Positions 28,363 to 40,395 of a DNA stretch of 64,000 nt are shown in pieces (position 1 is the stretch's first letter; each line of letters starts with the position of its first letter). A program made the translations under genes and the position numbers. The notes beneath the pieces were generated by a model. It made no database searches and was not told where the DNA came from. It saw nothing but the letters and a program-made list of their open reading frames with translations. The stretch comes from Hemiscyllium ocellatum (lineage: Eukaryota). The stretch covers positions 66,216,001-66,280,000 of the forward strand of contig NC_083413.1 in assembly GCF_020745735.1 (NCBI RefSeq). Direction: 5' to 3'.

Positions 28363-28919
28363 CTACATATGGAGGGAAAATCCACAAATGGGTGCTTCTG
28401 ACACACAAATACAATATGTATTTGCCAGTAAAACACAATATGATAATGTACGCAACCTGGCTATTGTATGCTACATTATTGGCAATACAAATATAATCCA
28501 TATAAATTGATTTCTGAATATGAATACATTAATATATTTTCATTATAGTACAGATAAAAAATACTTTAGATGAAATGAAGATACATTGAAATAACACCAT
28601 AAATGTAAAACAGGCATATTCATACCTAAATCATGTATGAATTTAAATAATAAGTTTAAATAATCTACAAATGCATAACATTTCCTGATATCAGTAAATA
28701 AGCACAAATACACACAGTAAATAAGCACATTCTAATATCACCATTTTTTGTTACATATTCATTCCTTAGCTTCTATTACTTTGAAGATTGACTATTAATT
28801 ATATCCAAACTAATTAGGACTTAATGAAAACCGCGCATTGCATTATAATTACATTTAACTTGTGTGATCCATACACAGAGCATTGTAAGTATTTTATCAA
28901 TGTTGCCACAGAAAATAAA

Positions 28920-30130
28920 ACTATAAGATATAGGAGCAGAAATTAGGCCATTCAGCCTATTGAGTCTGCTCCACCATTCAATCATGGCTGATAAGTTTCT
29001 CAACCCCATTCTCCTGCTTTCTCCTCATAACCCTTGATCCCCTTTACAATCAAGAACCTATCTATCTCAGTCTTAAGTATACTCAATGACCTGGCCTCCA
29101 TAGCCTTCTGTGGCAGTGAGTTCAATAGATTCACCACTCTCTGACTGAAGAAGCTTCTCTTTATCTCCATTCGAACAGGTCTTCCCTTTACTCTACGGCT
29201 ATGCCCTCAGGTCCTAGTCTCTCCTATCATCTTACCAACATCCGGTCTGTCCAGGCCATTCAGTACAGAGGAACTTTGATTATCTGGTGGTCGATTGACC
29301 GGCATTCCATTAACCATATCAAAATTCTCCCGATCCATGTCCTTCAAATAATCGAGGTTCTTTGTATTCTGTATGTTGCTATACCCCGCTCATCCTTCTA
29401 AACTCCATCAAGTATAGACCCAGAGTCCTCAAACATTTCTCATCTGTTAAGCTTTTCATTTCTGGGACCATTCTGGTGAATCTTCTTTGAACATGCTCCA
29501 GGGCCAGTACATCTTTCTTGAGATATGGGGCCCAAAACTGCTCAAAATACTCCAAATGTGGCCTGGCCAGAGCCTTATAGAGCCTCAGAACTACATCCCT
29601 GCTTTTATATTCAAATCCTCTCAAAATAAATGCCATTATTGCATTTGCCTTCCCGTTTACCGGGAGAGAATCGTGGACTAGAGCTCCCAAGTCTCTTTGC
29701 ACTTCCAACTTCTGAACTTTTCTCCCCATTTACAAAATAGTCCATGCCTCCATCTTTCCTACCAAATTGTATGACTTCACACATTCCCACGTTGTACTCC
29801 ATCTGCCACTTCTTTACCCACTCTCCTAACCTGTTCAAATCCTTCTGCAGCCTCCCTGCCTCCTCAATGTTACCTGTCTCTCTACTTAGCTTTGTATCAT
29901 CAGCAAACTTAGTCAGAATGCCCTCAGTCCCTCCACCTAGTTCGTTAATGAATAAAGTGAAAAGTTGGAGTCCCAACACTGAGCCTTGCAGAACACCACT
30001 TGTCACTGGCTGCCACTCTGAGAAGGACCCTTTTATCCCCACTCCTTGCTTTCTGCCAGACAGCCAGACTTCTATCACCTTGCCTCTAGCCCCATGGGCA
30101 CTTACCTTTCTCATTCGGCTCCTGTGTGTC
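28920..30130 (-). mobile_element. 5'-truncated CR1 LINE in the last OTOS intron
   Basis: SGVLQGSVLG, KFADDTK, RPHLEY.EQFWAP, RRFTRM; CR1 3'UTR at 28920-29100. Confidence 0.92.
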
Positions 30131-30516
30131 AAGTATATTTGACATTTTACTTCAACTAACCTTTTATTACCTGCCAGCTTTTCATGCCCATGCAGTCATT
30201 CAAGCTATTTGCTATACAGATGCCCATTTGTATTCACCTTCCTGTGCTTTAAGCTTTCTTCTGAGGTGGAAATAATGTACTTTTCCTCTAAATCTAAAGG
30301 ACCTTCAATTTACCTCTTTTGGATGTGAATCTCATTCCAGTTTTTTCTAATCTTTATTTTCTACTTGTAATAACTCTTAAATAATTGATTAATTTATTCC
30401 AAATTACATTTCAATGCTGGATTGATTACAGCAAATGTAATATCAGTTATACAATTTAAAAACTCACTGGAATAAAACAAAACATATAGTATACATAGAA
30501 TGTCAATTTTTTTTAC

Positions 30517-30543
30517 CATCCGACTGTCGGATTACACTGGCAT
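30517..30543 (-). CDS. OTOS: Otospiralin, 27-nt coding exon
   Basis: ttatttgcag|ATGCCAGTGTAATCCGACAGTCGGATG|gtaaaa; phase 1-1, encodes DASVIRQSD; links the flanking exons in frame. Confidence 0.88.
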
Positions 30544-30791
30544 CTGCAAATAAATAAATGGAGACATGATCAGAATTCAGCCTCACACAACTCACAAAGA
30601 GCTTTTCATAGCCCTGATACAAAAAAAACTTCACCTGAGCACTGCCAACACAGCATTTTCAACATTCATCTAGATTTCTGAACAAAATTAAAATCGCCTT
30701 AAAGTGTTTCAAAATGTCAACATTAGCATTTCGAGTTCATAGCAATTTTGAAATTATAAAAAGTTTTGCAGCTGTATTTTACAAAACTTAC

Positions 30792-30849
30792 CAGTTAGGA
30801 TGTTGAGGAGGAGAAATATAAACAGCCCAATATAGACAAACCACTTCAT
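30792..30849 (-). CDS. OTOS: Otospiralin, first coding exon (signal peptide)
   Basis: Acceptor ttttttttag ending at 30858, ATG at 30849, MKWFVYIGLFIFLLLNILT(G), donor gtaagt; 58+27+230=315 nt = 104 aa + stop. Confidence 0.92.
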
Positions 30850-31037
30850 TTTGACCACTAAAAAAAATTAGACATTTAATCAGTCCCATCTTATTCAAAT
30901 ATTTAGCAGTGATTACAAATTAAACATTTTATGTGCTTTGCTAACAAATCTGCTATTTCAAACAAAATTTTATTTTGTTTGCAGATCTATGATTCAATTT
31001 CTACTTAAAGATTTTTAAACAGAGTTTTGATACTTAC

Positions 31038-31210
31038 ATATGTTTTAAGGAATTGCAGTGATTAAAAGAAAGGCTTCTAAATAAAATTGAGCTTCAGACT
31101 TTGAACGCACTCCTGGCTAGCTGTGGGGCAAAACGTTTAAATTGGCATGGCCTAAATGACATGAAGAAAAAAACGTCACTTCTCTTGCTTGAAGGTTTTT
31201 ATAATGTACC
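31038..31210 (-). promoter_or_regulatory. Putative OTOS non-coding exon 1 and TATA box
   Basis: Donor gtaagt at 31037-31032; TATAAAAA on the minus strand at ~31196-31203, implying a TSS near 31170. Confidence 0.55.
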
Positions 31211-31596
31211 CTTTCTATGAACAAACTCAGATAGTTTTTTTTTAAAAATCTAATGGCGCCCTCCTAAGTTCAAGCAGGAAAAGAACATCTATAAGAAGGA
31301 ATAGAACTTCACAGTATTTTAATGGCACGAATTTTACTGGAGTATGACATCTCAGAGTATTTCTCAATAGTTAGAATTGTTCATGCACATTTACATTTTA
31401 AACAAGAGATTTGAAATTGTTGACAATTTGCTTCCAGCAATGACTTCCCAAGCTCCTTAGTCTGTTTGTTATCAGCAAACATTTCAGAGATAGGGTAGAA
31501 TAAATGTTTTGATATCTTCCTGTTAACGGACAGGTCCACAGCTTCTAGCATTAATGTGGTTTATTTGCAGAAAACAGTCAAGAAGGTTTTAGTGGG

Positions 31597-31800
31597 TGTA
31601 ACATGGTCAGCCAGATGGACTTCATAGAATATGAGTTCCTTAGTTGGGACTGGTCCCATGAGGGAGCTCTGGCTGACAGATAAAAATATCCTGTCACTCT
31701 GACAGCTGGCTCTGAGGGAGCTGGATCAGGGTCACAGACTTTCCATGTGTAAATAACTGGTGACTTGGTGATGGGATATGACCTCTAAGAAGTTATTTCA
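31597..31800 (+). mobile_element. Solo LTR (same family as 63740-63959)
   Basis: TGTAA...TTTCA termini; colinear similarity to the reverse complement of 63740-63959 (ggagc.ctggctgacagata, tgacttggtga). Confidence 0.65.
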
Positions 31801-31859
31801 AACGATTTTATCTCTCCCCTCAGATTTATGGTGCTGAACAAGATGGATAAAATCCTTAC

Positions 31860-32182
31860 TGAGCCATGCCTACCAGATATCCTAAATTAATCTGATCCCA
31901 TTTGCCAACATATGGCCATTATTCTTCTAAATTCTTCCTATTCATGTACCCATCCAGATGTCTTTTAAATGTTGTAATTGTACCAGCCTCCACCACTTCC
32001 TCTGGCAGCTTATTCCATATACGCTCCACTATATGCATGAAAAAGTTGCCCCTTGGGTCCCTTTTAAATCTTTTCCCTCTCATCTTAAACCTATGCCCTC
32101 TGGTTTTGGACTCCCCTACCCTGGGAAAAAGACCTTGGCTATTCACCTTATCCATGCCCCTCGTGATTTTATAAACCTCTAT
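31860..32182 (-). mobile_element. CR1 3' fragment
   Basis: IEVYKITRGMDKV...GESKTRGHRFK...WNKLPEEVVEA (ORF 31919-32188). Confidence 0.88.
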
Positions 32183-32744
32183 GTACAACTTTGGAGAATT
32201 TGGAGAGCTTCAAAATTTGAAACCTGTTTTGGGGATACTAGGATTTGAGTTATGATTAGGCAGTGAGATTTTTCCCCTCAGCTTCAAATTGTTTTGTTTT
32301 CCATCTCTATACGCGTGCAGTCCTAATTCCAGCTTTTGTTGCTTAAACTCCCCGTCTGTCTCTAGCTCTTTCTCTGGCTTATCTTTCTTCTCTCTGAATT
32401 GGTGTTTCTACCTCCGTTTCTCTGGTTTTAAACTCCAACACTGTTTACAATTTTTCCAGGTCCAATTGAGCTAAAACAAACAGGCCAGGTTCTGATTGAA
32501 TTTCTGGTCTCTGTTCTGACACTGGGTTGAATTCAAAATACTCAGTCAGAATTCTCAAGAATCCCTGCCTGTCTGTCTTGTTAGGGGTTTGAATCCGACT
32601 TTTACAGTAATGGCTTTTAAATGGTTCTTATCGAATGATTATAACTTCTATCAATTTGAATCCTCATGATCAATGGCCAGTTAGCCTTACATTCATTATT
32701 AGAATAAATGCTGGAATATTCTTAAGGAAGAAAAAGCAGGACAA

Positions 32745-33562
32745 AACCTGGAAAAATGGTGCGTTGAGAACAACCTAGCTCTCAATGCCGGCAAAACCAA
32801 GGAACTCATTATTGACTTTCAACATGATGTTATTCATGCTCCCCATCCCGCCCCCATTCCCCCACCCCACCCACATACATACATTAACAACACAGAGATG
32901 GAACAAGTGGAGAGAGTCAAGCTCCTGGGAGTGTTCATCAACAACAAGCTTTCTTGGACTCTTCATGTGGAAGCACTGGTTACAAAGGCCCAACAACGTC
33001 TCTTCATTCTCAGGCAGCTGAGGAAATTTGGCATGACGGTGAATATCCTTGCCAACTTTTATAGGTGCTCCATCAAGAGCATTCTGTCTGGATGTATCAC
33101 CATCTGGTATAGCAACTGTACCGTTCAAGATCAGAAATGGTTACAGAGAGTGGTGAACTTGGCCCGGACAATCACAAAGACCAACCTCCCATCTATAGAA
33201 TCCAAATATCAGACCCCCTGTCAAGGAAAGGCCACCAGTATTCTCAAAGATTCATCCCACCCTGGCAAAGTTTTTCTACAACCTCTACCATCGGGGAGAA
33301 GGTACAGAAGCCTGAACACACGCACCAGCCGGTTTTGTAACAGTTTCTACCCGACTGTTGTTAGAATGCTGAATGGACTCACAAACTCTTAACATTTGCC
33401 TGCACCTGTGTAACAGGTGCAGGCAAATGTTAAGAGTTTGTGAGTTTACCTATTATTTACTTATCTATGCTAGTTAACTATGTGATCTGCCTGTATTGTG
33501 TGCAAGACAAAGCTTTCACTGTGCCTCGGTACACGTGACAATAAATTCAATTCAATTCAATT
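32745..33562 (+). mobile_element. 5'-truncated Rex1/Babar LINE with intact 3' end
   Basis: ORF 32898-33392 (KLLGVFI...LSW..H...KAQQRLF.LRQLRKF...LPSGRRYRS...RF.NSFYP); AATAAA + (TTCAA)n tail. Confidence 0.9.
33377..33445. repeat. Perfect 33-bp inverted repeat, 3-nt loop
   Basis: actcacaaactcttaacatttgcctgcacctgt-gta-acaggtgcaggcaaatgttaagagtttgtgagt. Confidence 0.97.
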
Positions 33563-33956
33563 TAGACAAGCTTAATGCAATCAAACAATGCAACATGGCT
33601 TTGTGAAAGTAGAATCATGCTTGGCAGATTTGCTAGAATTCTTTGAGAATGAAACAAGCAGTGTTGATAAGTCAGAAATTGTAGACATAGTGCATTTGGA
33701 CTCCCAGAAGGGAGTCAATGAGGTGCCACCTAAAAGATTACTGCACAAGATAGCTGCTCACAACATTGAGAATGATGCATTAACATGAATTGAGGGGTGG
33801 TTAGCACAGAGAAGACAGAGAGTCAGGCTTGATGAGTCTTTTCAGGTCAGAAAGACTAAACTAGTGAAGGGCCACATGGTTCAATCCATGGGCCTCAATT
33901 GTTTACTATTTATATTAACAACTTAGTGGAGGGGGAGGAGTATTGGATTCAAATTG

Positions 33957-35621
33957 TTGTAGAGGGTCGAAGGAGGGTGTCAGTGGAAGGGTACTGGTTG
34001 GTGCGGCGGGAAAAGAAGAAGCGGAGGGCTTTGAGTCCTTCGTGATGGGGGATGGAGGTGTACAGGGACTGGATGTCCATCCAAACTAAAGGAGTTGCTA
34101 TGGGTCTCTTTCCAATCCTCCCACTTCCTCCAAACTAAAGGAGTTGCCATGGGCACCCGCATGGGCCCCAACTATGCCTGTCTCTTTGTAGGATATGTGG
34201 AACAGTTCATCTTCCGCAACTACACTGGCACCACCTCCCACCTTATCCTCCGCTACATTGATGACTGTATCGGCGCTGCCTAGTGCTCCCACGAGGAGGT
34301 TGAACAGTTCATCAACTTTACCAACACCTTCCATCCCAACCTCAAATTCACCTGGACTGTCTCAGACTCCTCCCTCCCCTTCCTAGACCTTTCCATTTCT
34401 ATCTCGGGCGACCGACTCAACACAGACATCTACTATAAACCCACTGACTCCCACAGCTACCTGGACTACACCTCCTCCCACCCTGCCCCCTGTAAAAACT
34501 CCATCCCATATTCCCAATTCCTTCGTCTCCGCCGCATCTGCTCCCAGGAGGACCAGTTCCAATACCGTACAGCCCAGATGGCCTCCTTCTTCAAGGACTG
34601 CAGATTCCCCCCAGACGTGATCGACGATGCCCTCCACCGCATCTCCTCCACTTCCCGCTCCTCCGCCCTTGAGCCCTGCCCCTCCAACCGCCACCAAGAC
34701 AGAACCCCACTGGTTCTCACCTACCACCCCACCAACCTCCGTATACAGCACATCATCCGCCGTCATTTCCGCCAACTCCAAACGGACCCCACCACCAGGG
34801 ATATATTTCCCTCCCCTCCCCTATCAGCGTTCCGTAAAGACCACTCCCTTCGTGACTCCCTCGTCAGGTCCACACCCCCCACCAACCCAACCTCCACTCC
34901 CGGCACCTTCCCCTGCAACCGCAGGAAATGCAAAACTTGCGCCCACACCTCCTCCCTTACTTCTCGCCAAGGCCCCTAGGGATCCTTCCATATCTGCCAC
35001 AAATTCACCTGCACCTCCACACACATCATCTATTGCATCCGCTGCACCCGATGTGGCCTCCTCTATATTGGGGAGACAGGCCGCCTACTTGCAGAACGCT
35101 TCAGGGAACACCTCTGGGACGCTCGAACCAACCAACCCAACCACCCCGTGGCTCAACACTTTAACTCTCCCTCCCACTCCACCGAAGACATGCAGGTCCT
35201 TGGACTCCTCCATCGCCAGAACATAACAACACGACGGTTGGAGGAAGAGCGCCTCATCTTCCGCCTGGGAACCCTCCAGCCACAAGGGATGAACTCGGAT
35301 TTCTCCAGTTTCCTCATTTCCCCTCCCCCCACCTTGTCTCAGTCGATTCCCTTGAACTCAGCATCGCCCTCCTAACCTGCAATCCTCTTCCTGACCTCTC
35401 CGCCCCCACCCCACTCCGGCCTATCACCCTCACCTTGACCTCCTTCCACCTATCACATCTCCATCACCCCTCCCCCAAGTCCCTCCTCCCTACCTTTTAT
35501 CTTAGCCTGTCTGGCACCCTCTCCTCATTCCTGATGAAGGGCTCTGGCCTGAAATGTCAAATTTCCTGTTCCTTGGATGCTGCCTAACCTGCTGTGCTTT
35601 AACCAGCAACACATTTTCAGC
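33957..35621 (+). mobile_element. 5'-truncated Penelope-like (Neptune-type) element with 5' inversion
   Basis: Closely similar to 19650-21178; 33962-34082 is the inverted MDIQSLYTSIPH segment; 14-bp TSD ttggattcaaattg / ttggatccaaattg (33943-33956 / 35622-35635). Confidence 0.95.
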
Positions 35622-36362
35622 TTGGATCCAAATTGGCCAATGATAATAAAAATAGATGGGAGGGCATACTGTGATGGGGACATAAGGAATCTGCAAGGGG
35701 ATAGAGATAGTGTGAGTGAATGGGCAAAAACTTTGCAGATAGGGTTTGAGGGCTTAATGAATGCCCGAAACATTGATTCTCCTGCTCCTCAGATGCTGCC
35801 TGACCTGCTGCACTTTTCCAGCACCACCACTCTCGACCCTGATCTCCAGCATCTGCAGTCCTTACTTTCTCCTAGATAGGGTTTAATGCAGGCCAGTTTA
35901 ATGCATGCATTTTGGTAGGAAGAATCAAAAGACCAATGCTTAAATGGAAAGAGATTCCAAAAAAAGTTCTGTGCAGAGGGACCTGAATGTTTTTGTGCAT
36001 GAAACACAAAAGATTAATGTGCAGGTGCAGCAAAATTGGAGTTTAAAATAGGAATAGTTCCTATTCCTAGTTAATAGTTAATAGAGACATACAAGATAAT
36101 CAGAGGGTTAGATAGGGTGGACAGGGAGAGCCTTTTTCCAAGCATGGGGAAGGCAAACACAAGGGGACACAACTTTAAAGTGAGGGGAGATAGGTATAAG
36201 ACAGATGTCAGAGGTAGTTTCTTTACTTAGAGAGTAGTAAGGATTATGGAATGCATTGCCTGCATCGGTAGTAGATTCGCCAAGTTAAAGTTCATTTAAG
36301 TCTTCATTGGACAGGAAAATGGATGTAAATGGAATAGTGTAGATGGATGGGTTTCAGATTAG

Positions 36363-36457
36363 TAAGGAGGAGAAAGTGAGGTCTGCAGATGCTGGAGATC
36401 AGAGCTGAAAATGTCCTGATGAAGGGCTTATGCCCGAAACGTCGAATTTCCTGTTCC
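36363..36457 (+). mobile_element. 95-bp Penelope-derived insertion carrying a hammerhead core
   Basis: 10-bp TSD ttcagattag (36353-36362 / 36458-36467). Confidence 0.8.
36411..36449 (+). ncRNA. Minimal type I hammerhead ribozyme motif (PLE-associated)
   Basis: CTGATGA-A-GGGC-TTAT-GCCC-GAAA-CGTC: intact core, 4-bp stem II, palindromic ACGT stem III; stem I is weak in this copy. Confidence 0.7.
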
Positions 36458-37029
36458 TTCAGATTAGAAAGACAGGGCGGCGCAACATCAGGGGCCGAAG
36501 GGCCTGTACTGCGCTGTAGTGCTCTATAATTGTACAGAGTATGGTGAGGCTGCACCTAGAACACCATCTGTAAGTTTGGTCCCAAGATTTAAGAAAGGAT
36601 GTATTGGTGCTTAAGACTGTTCAAAGGAGACTGACTAGGCTGATCACTGGGATGGAGGGGATTAATTATCAAGAACAGTTGAACAGGTTGGGCCTTTATT
36701 AATTCAATTTTAGAAGAATGAGGGATGATCTTATAGAAACAGACAATATGGGAGATGGTAAGGTGATGTTTCCACTAGTTAGGGGAATTTTGAACTTGTA
36801 CCAGTTAAAGAATAAAGGAAAATTATTTTAAAACTGAAATGCAAAGGTATTTCTTTTCCCAGAAGATAGTCAATGTCTGGAATTCTCCAAACCAGAGAGT
36901 TGTGCAGACTGGATATGAAATTATGTAAAGAGGAGATGGATAGATTTTGAGTTAAGGACTGTGAGGAGCTGGTATGAAGGAGGAGTTGAGTTCAGAGGCA
37001 GATTAGCCTTGATCTTTTAGATGTGGAGG

Positions 37030-37295
37030 TGCAGAGTTGGACAAGGTCAAAAACCACGTGATACCAGTTTATAGCCCAAAAGGTTTATTTGAAAACACAA
37101 GCTTTCGGATCCCCCGTTCCTTCTTCTTGTGCTAGTGAGAGAGGAGACATCAGACACAGAATTTATAAATAAAAGATCAAAGTGATTTATAAAATGCCAT
37201 ATTGATGACTGTCTACAAATTGTGTGCTTTTTGAACAAGATAGATTGTATCTGCTAATACAAATCTGCAGGTACAAATTCACCCGATAGATTTAT

Positions 37296-37333
<38 letters not shown>

Positions 37334-38258
37334 GAGAGTGAAAGAGTGTGTGTGCTGGATAGAGAGTGTGTGCAAATCTAAAGGAGTATATGTGTGTGAG
37401 AGTGTGCGTATGTAAGAGAGTGTGTGTGAGAGAGTGTGTGTATGAGAGAGAGTCTGTGTGACTGTGTTTTTATGAGAGTGTGTGTGTAGGTGTGGGCATG
37501 TGTGTGTGCATGTGACAGAGTGTATAGTGAGGAGGGGCCACCTGTAGTGTGAAATGAACTGAAGATCCCAGTTGAGGCCATCCTCATGGGTACTAAACTT
37601 GGCTATCATTGACTTGGCATTGCTGCATGTCCTGAGGTCTGCCTTGGAAGACATTTGTCCAAAGATCCAAGGCCGAATGTCCTTGATTGCTGAAGTGTTC
37701 CCCCACTGGGAGAGAACATTCCTGTCTGACAATTGTTGTGCAGTGTCCATTCATCCATTTTCATTGTGTCTGCATGGTCTTGCCAATATACCATGCCTCG
37801 GGTAAGTTTGTTCAAAAAGCACACAATTTATAGACAGTCAATCAGTGTGGCATTTTATAAATTCCTACTTTGGAGACAAAACCAGTCTGATTCCAGGTTA
37901 AGACACAGACAGATTCTAAACAAGGCTTCACACATAAAATGCACTGTCTGACCTGAGATGTTTCCCCTTTTATACTGATAAAACCTTAAGTTATCTCCAG
38001 GCAGTGACTTGAAAGAAATTCTGGGATTTGCATATTAATTAATCGAAACCTGCATCTACATTCTAACAGATTGAAGATTTAATAGCCATCTTAGGTTTGT
38101 CCAATACATTCGCATCAGCTGTAGGACCCTTTGATCTTTTACTTATAAATTCTGTGTCTGATGTCATCTCTCTCACTAGCACCTCAAGGAGGAGTGAAGC
38201 TCTGAAAGCTTGTGTTTTCAAATAAACCTGTTGGACTCTAACCTGTGTTTGTGATTTT
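37030..38258. mobile_element. Non-autonomous Penelope-like element with inverted pLTRs and internal (GT)/(GA) microsatellite
   Basis: 37050-37185 is inverted relative to 38128-38258; minus-strand GIY-YIG C-terminal remnant (..HEDGLNWDLQFISHY). Confidence 0.75.
37296..37520. repeat. Compound (GT)n/(GA)n microsatellite
   Basis: Directly visible dinucleotide runs. Confidence 0.95.
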
Positions 38259-38284
38259 GAAAACAAGATCTCCAGTTTGGTTTT

Positions 38285-38832
38285 GTGCCTATGCAGAGGA
38301 AGTCTGGAGAGGAATGCAGTGGTGTTTGTCGAGGTTTGTCCCGAGCAGTGGCGTGAAGTGGGACTCCGTGCTCTACGGTCTGTTCCCCGGGACGCACACC
38401 GAGACGAACATCAATTGTGCCTGGAGGATCATCAACTCGGTGAAGGACGCTCTCTGGGTGGTCTGAAACCTGTTGATCTTCCAGCTGAAGGAGTTGACCC
38501 TGACTGGGTGTTGCAGACTGGCACATTCCAAGGTCCAGGACTACGTATTGTGGGATGCGCTGAAGCTTGGGGCAACTGCCGCCAAGGCACAGTGGGGAAA
38601 GACCACCGTGTAACACTCCATGTCTGAGAAGAATAGGGGGCCCACGCAGTCATTTGGGCTCTGCTGACGGCTCAGTTAAATATATGGATATCTGATTGAT
38701 AAATGTACAGACCTGTATATATGAATGATAAATTCTGATCTCTGTATGCAAATGTTTATGTATGTATGGCATGACCAACTGTACAGACCATCAAAATATT
38801 TCATGAATAAAGTATATTTTTGAAATAAAAAA
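38285..38832 (+). mobile_element. 5'-truncated Tx1/L1-clade LINE 3' end
   Basis: ORF2 C-terminus (CAYAEEVW..MQW.LSRF...LYGLFPG...VKDALW), AATAAA and A-rich tail, 17-bp TSD atctccagtttggtttt (38268-38284 / 38833-38849). Confidence 0.88.
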
Positions 38833-39889
38833 ATCTCCAGTTTGGTTTTTCAACAGCTTGATTTGATTCTGATACTTTACATCCACTTCCACGTTAATTG
38901 CAAATCAAATTCAGCTTGTTTCACAATGGATTAAATCTTAACTTCAAGTTTGAATTTTGGCTTTGACTTGTCATGTACTGGATTACAATTTCGGTCATGA
39001 AGTCCCAGTTGTCAGATATCTCCACAGTATGGCCAGAGAATTGTGAAATTATCTGCTTTTTTTTATTTTGTGAGATTTAAGTTAAAGTAGACTAACAGTT
39101 TGTTTGAACAGGTTAAAGGTTATTTCACGACAAGTTATTGCTGAAGGTTCCTTAAAACTAAACAAAATTGGTAAATAAAAATTACAGATACTGGTTTAAA
39201 CAAATACAGATAACACAGGAAAAATTACAAGGTAAAAAATCTAATAATTTTCTGTTGTACACTGTTCATGCCAATTGTTTGAGTTTGTTCTTGCTGAAAT
39301 GAAGAGGTTGCTTTTGTTTCTGCATTTGAATAGTTGATATTTTCCCAGACATATACACTCACTAAGTAGAGCAAGTTTTAAAAGAAAGTTTCTTGTTTCT
39401 CACTAATTCTGTGGTTACCACATTTGCAGATTGCCTGTGATCTTTCAGCCCTTTCTCTTTAATTGAGAATTCTTTTCTCCTTTGCTGTTGCCTGTCAGCG
39501 ATCTTCAGGGAAGTTCTGATCACAAAATGGTATTTCACTTTCAATGCATTTCACACTTAAGATGACTGCTACGTTAAAAAAAAAGTTGTGGTTACACATA
39601 ACAGAGTCAGTTACACTGGAATTCCTGTTCTGTCCAGTATCTTGCTAGGCTCAGAAATTTTGGTTTTCATATTTTAAAAACAGTGTAATTGAGTTCCAGA
39701 TGGATATCTTTGTGACTACTGTTGAAGTACCAAACCAGTCTGCTTGCTTTCTGGCTGATTGCAATAAATGAACAAGAATCAGGCATAGAACTTCTGGCAG
39801 CCATTTTTATATGTTGCGTCTATTATTTAAAGTCAAATTTGCCTTCTTTATAAAATATGCAATATTTAACTACACATTCCTGACATTGT

Positions 39890-40395
39890 TTGAAAAGGAT
39901 ATGGCTGGGTTAGGACCTCTTCAGAGAAGGCTCACTTGACTCATTTCTTGGGTATGAAGGACTTATCTGATGAAGAAGGGTTGATGTTAGATTGGATTTT
40001 TATCAATTGGAGTTCAGAAAATTGGGAACTGATTTTGTTGAAACATGCAAGATCCTGAGGTGACTTAATAGGATGGACCAGGAGATGTGAACTCTTGTGG
40101 AGCAGACTAAAACTAGTGGACTGTGTATATATATAAAAAATTAAAGGTCAGAGATGACTTTTTTTTCTCTAGGAAGGTAGTTAGTCTATGGAATACTCTT
40201 CTCCAACAGTCTGGGTTGCTGAATTTTTCAAGGCTGAGTTAGATTGAATTTTGAGAAATGGGACTCAAGGTTTTGGAGGGGGCAGACTGGGTATTGGAGT
40301 TGAGACCACAATTCAATCAGCCATGATTTTATCAAATGGTGGAGTAGGGTCATAGGGTTAAATGACCTAGTCCTGTTCCTAAGTCCTGTGCTCTG
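39890..40395 (+). mobile_element. Decayed CR1 3' fragment
   Basis: Residual RT C-terminus and cagccatgat...gaatgg 3'UTR. Confidence 0.65.

Larger units (their letters stand above)
33565..37020 (+). mobile_element. Old CR1 copy fragmented by nested insertions
   Basis: QHGFVK..SCL.DLLEFF (33588-33788) continues after the Penelope at 35622 and after a second CR1 3' end at 36075-36530. Confidence 0.75.

Noticed and set aside
28363-28501. N-terminal part of ORF 28133-28501 as OTOS coding sequence
   Set aside because: Intronic read-through; the signal peptide is supplied by exons at 30849-30792 and 30543-30517.
32898-33392. Possible host gene with an ALKBH8 N-terminal-like (DUF1891) domain
   Set aside because: It is the C-terminus of a Rex1/Babar RT with its own microsatellite tail.
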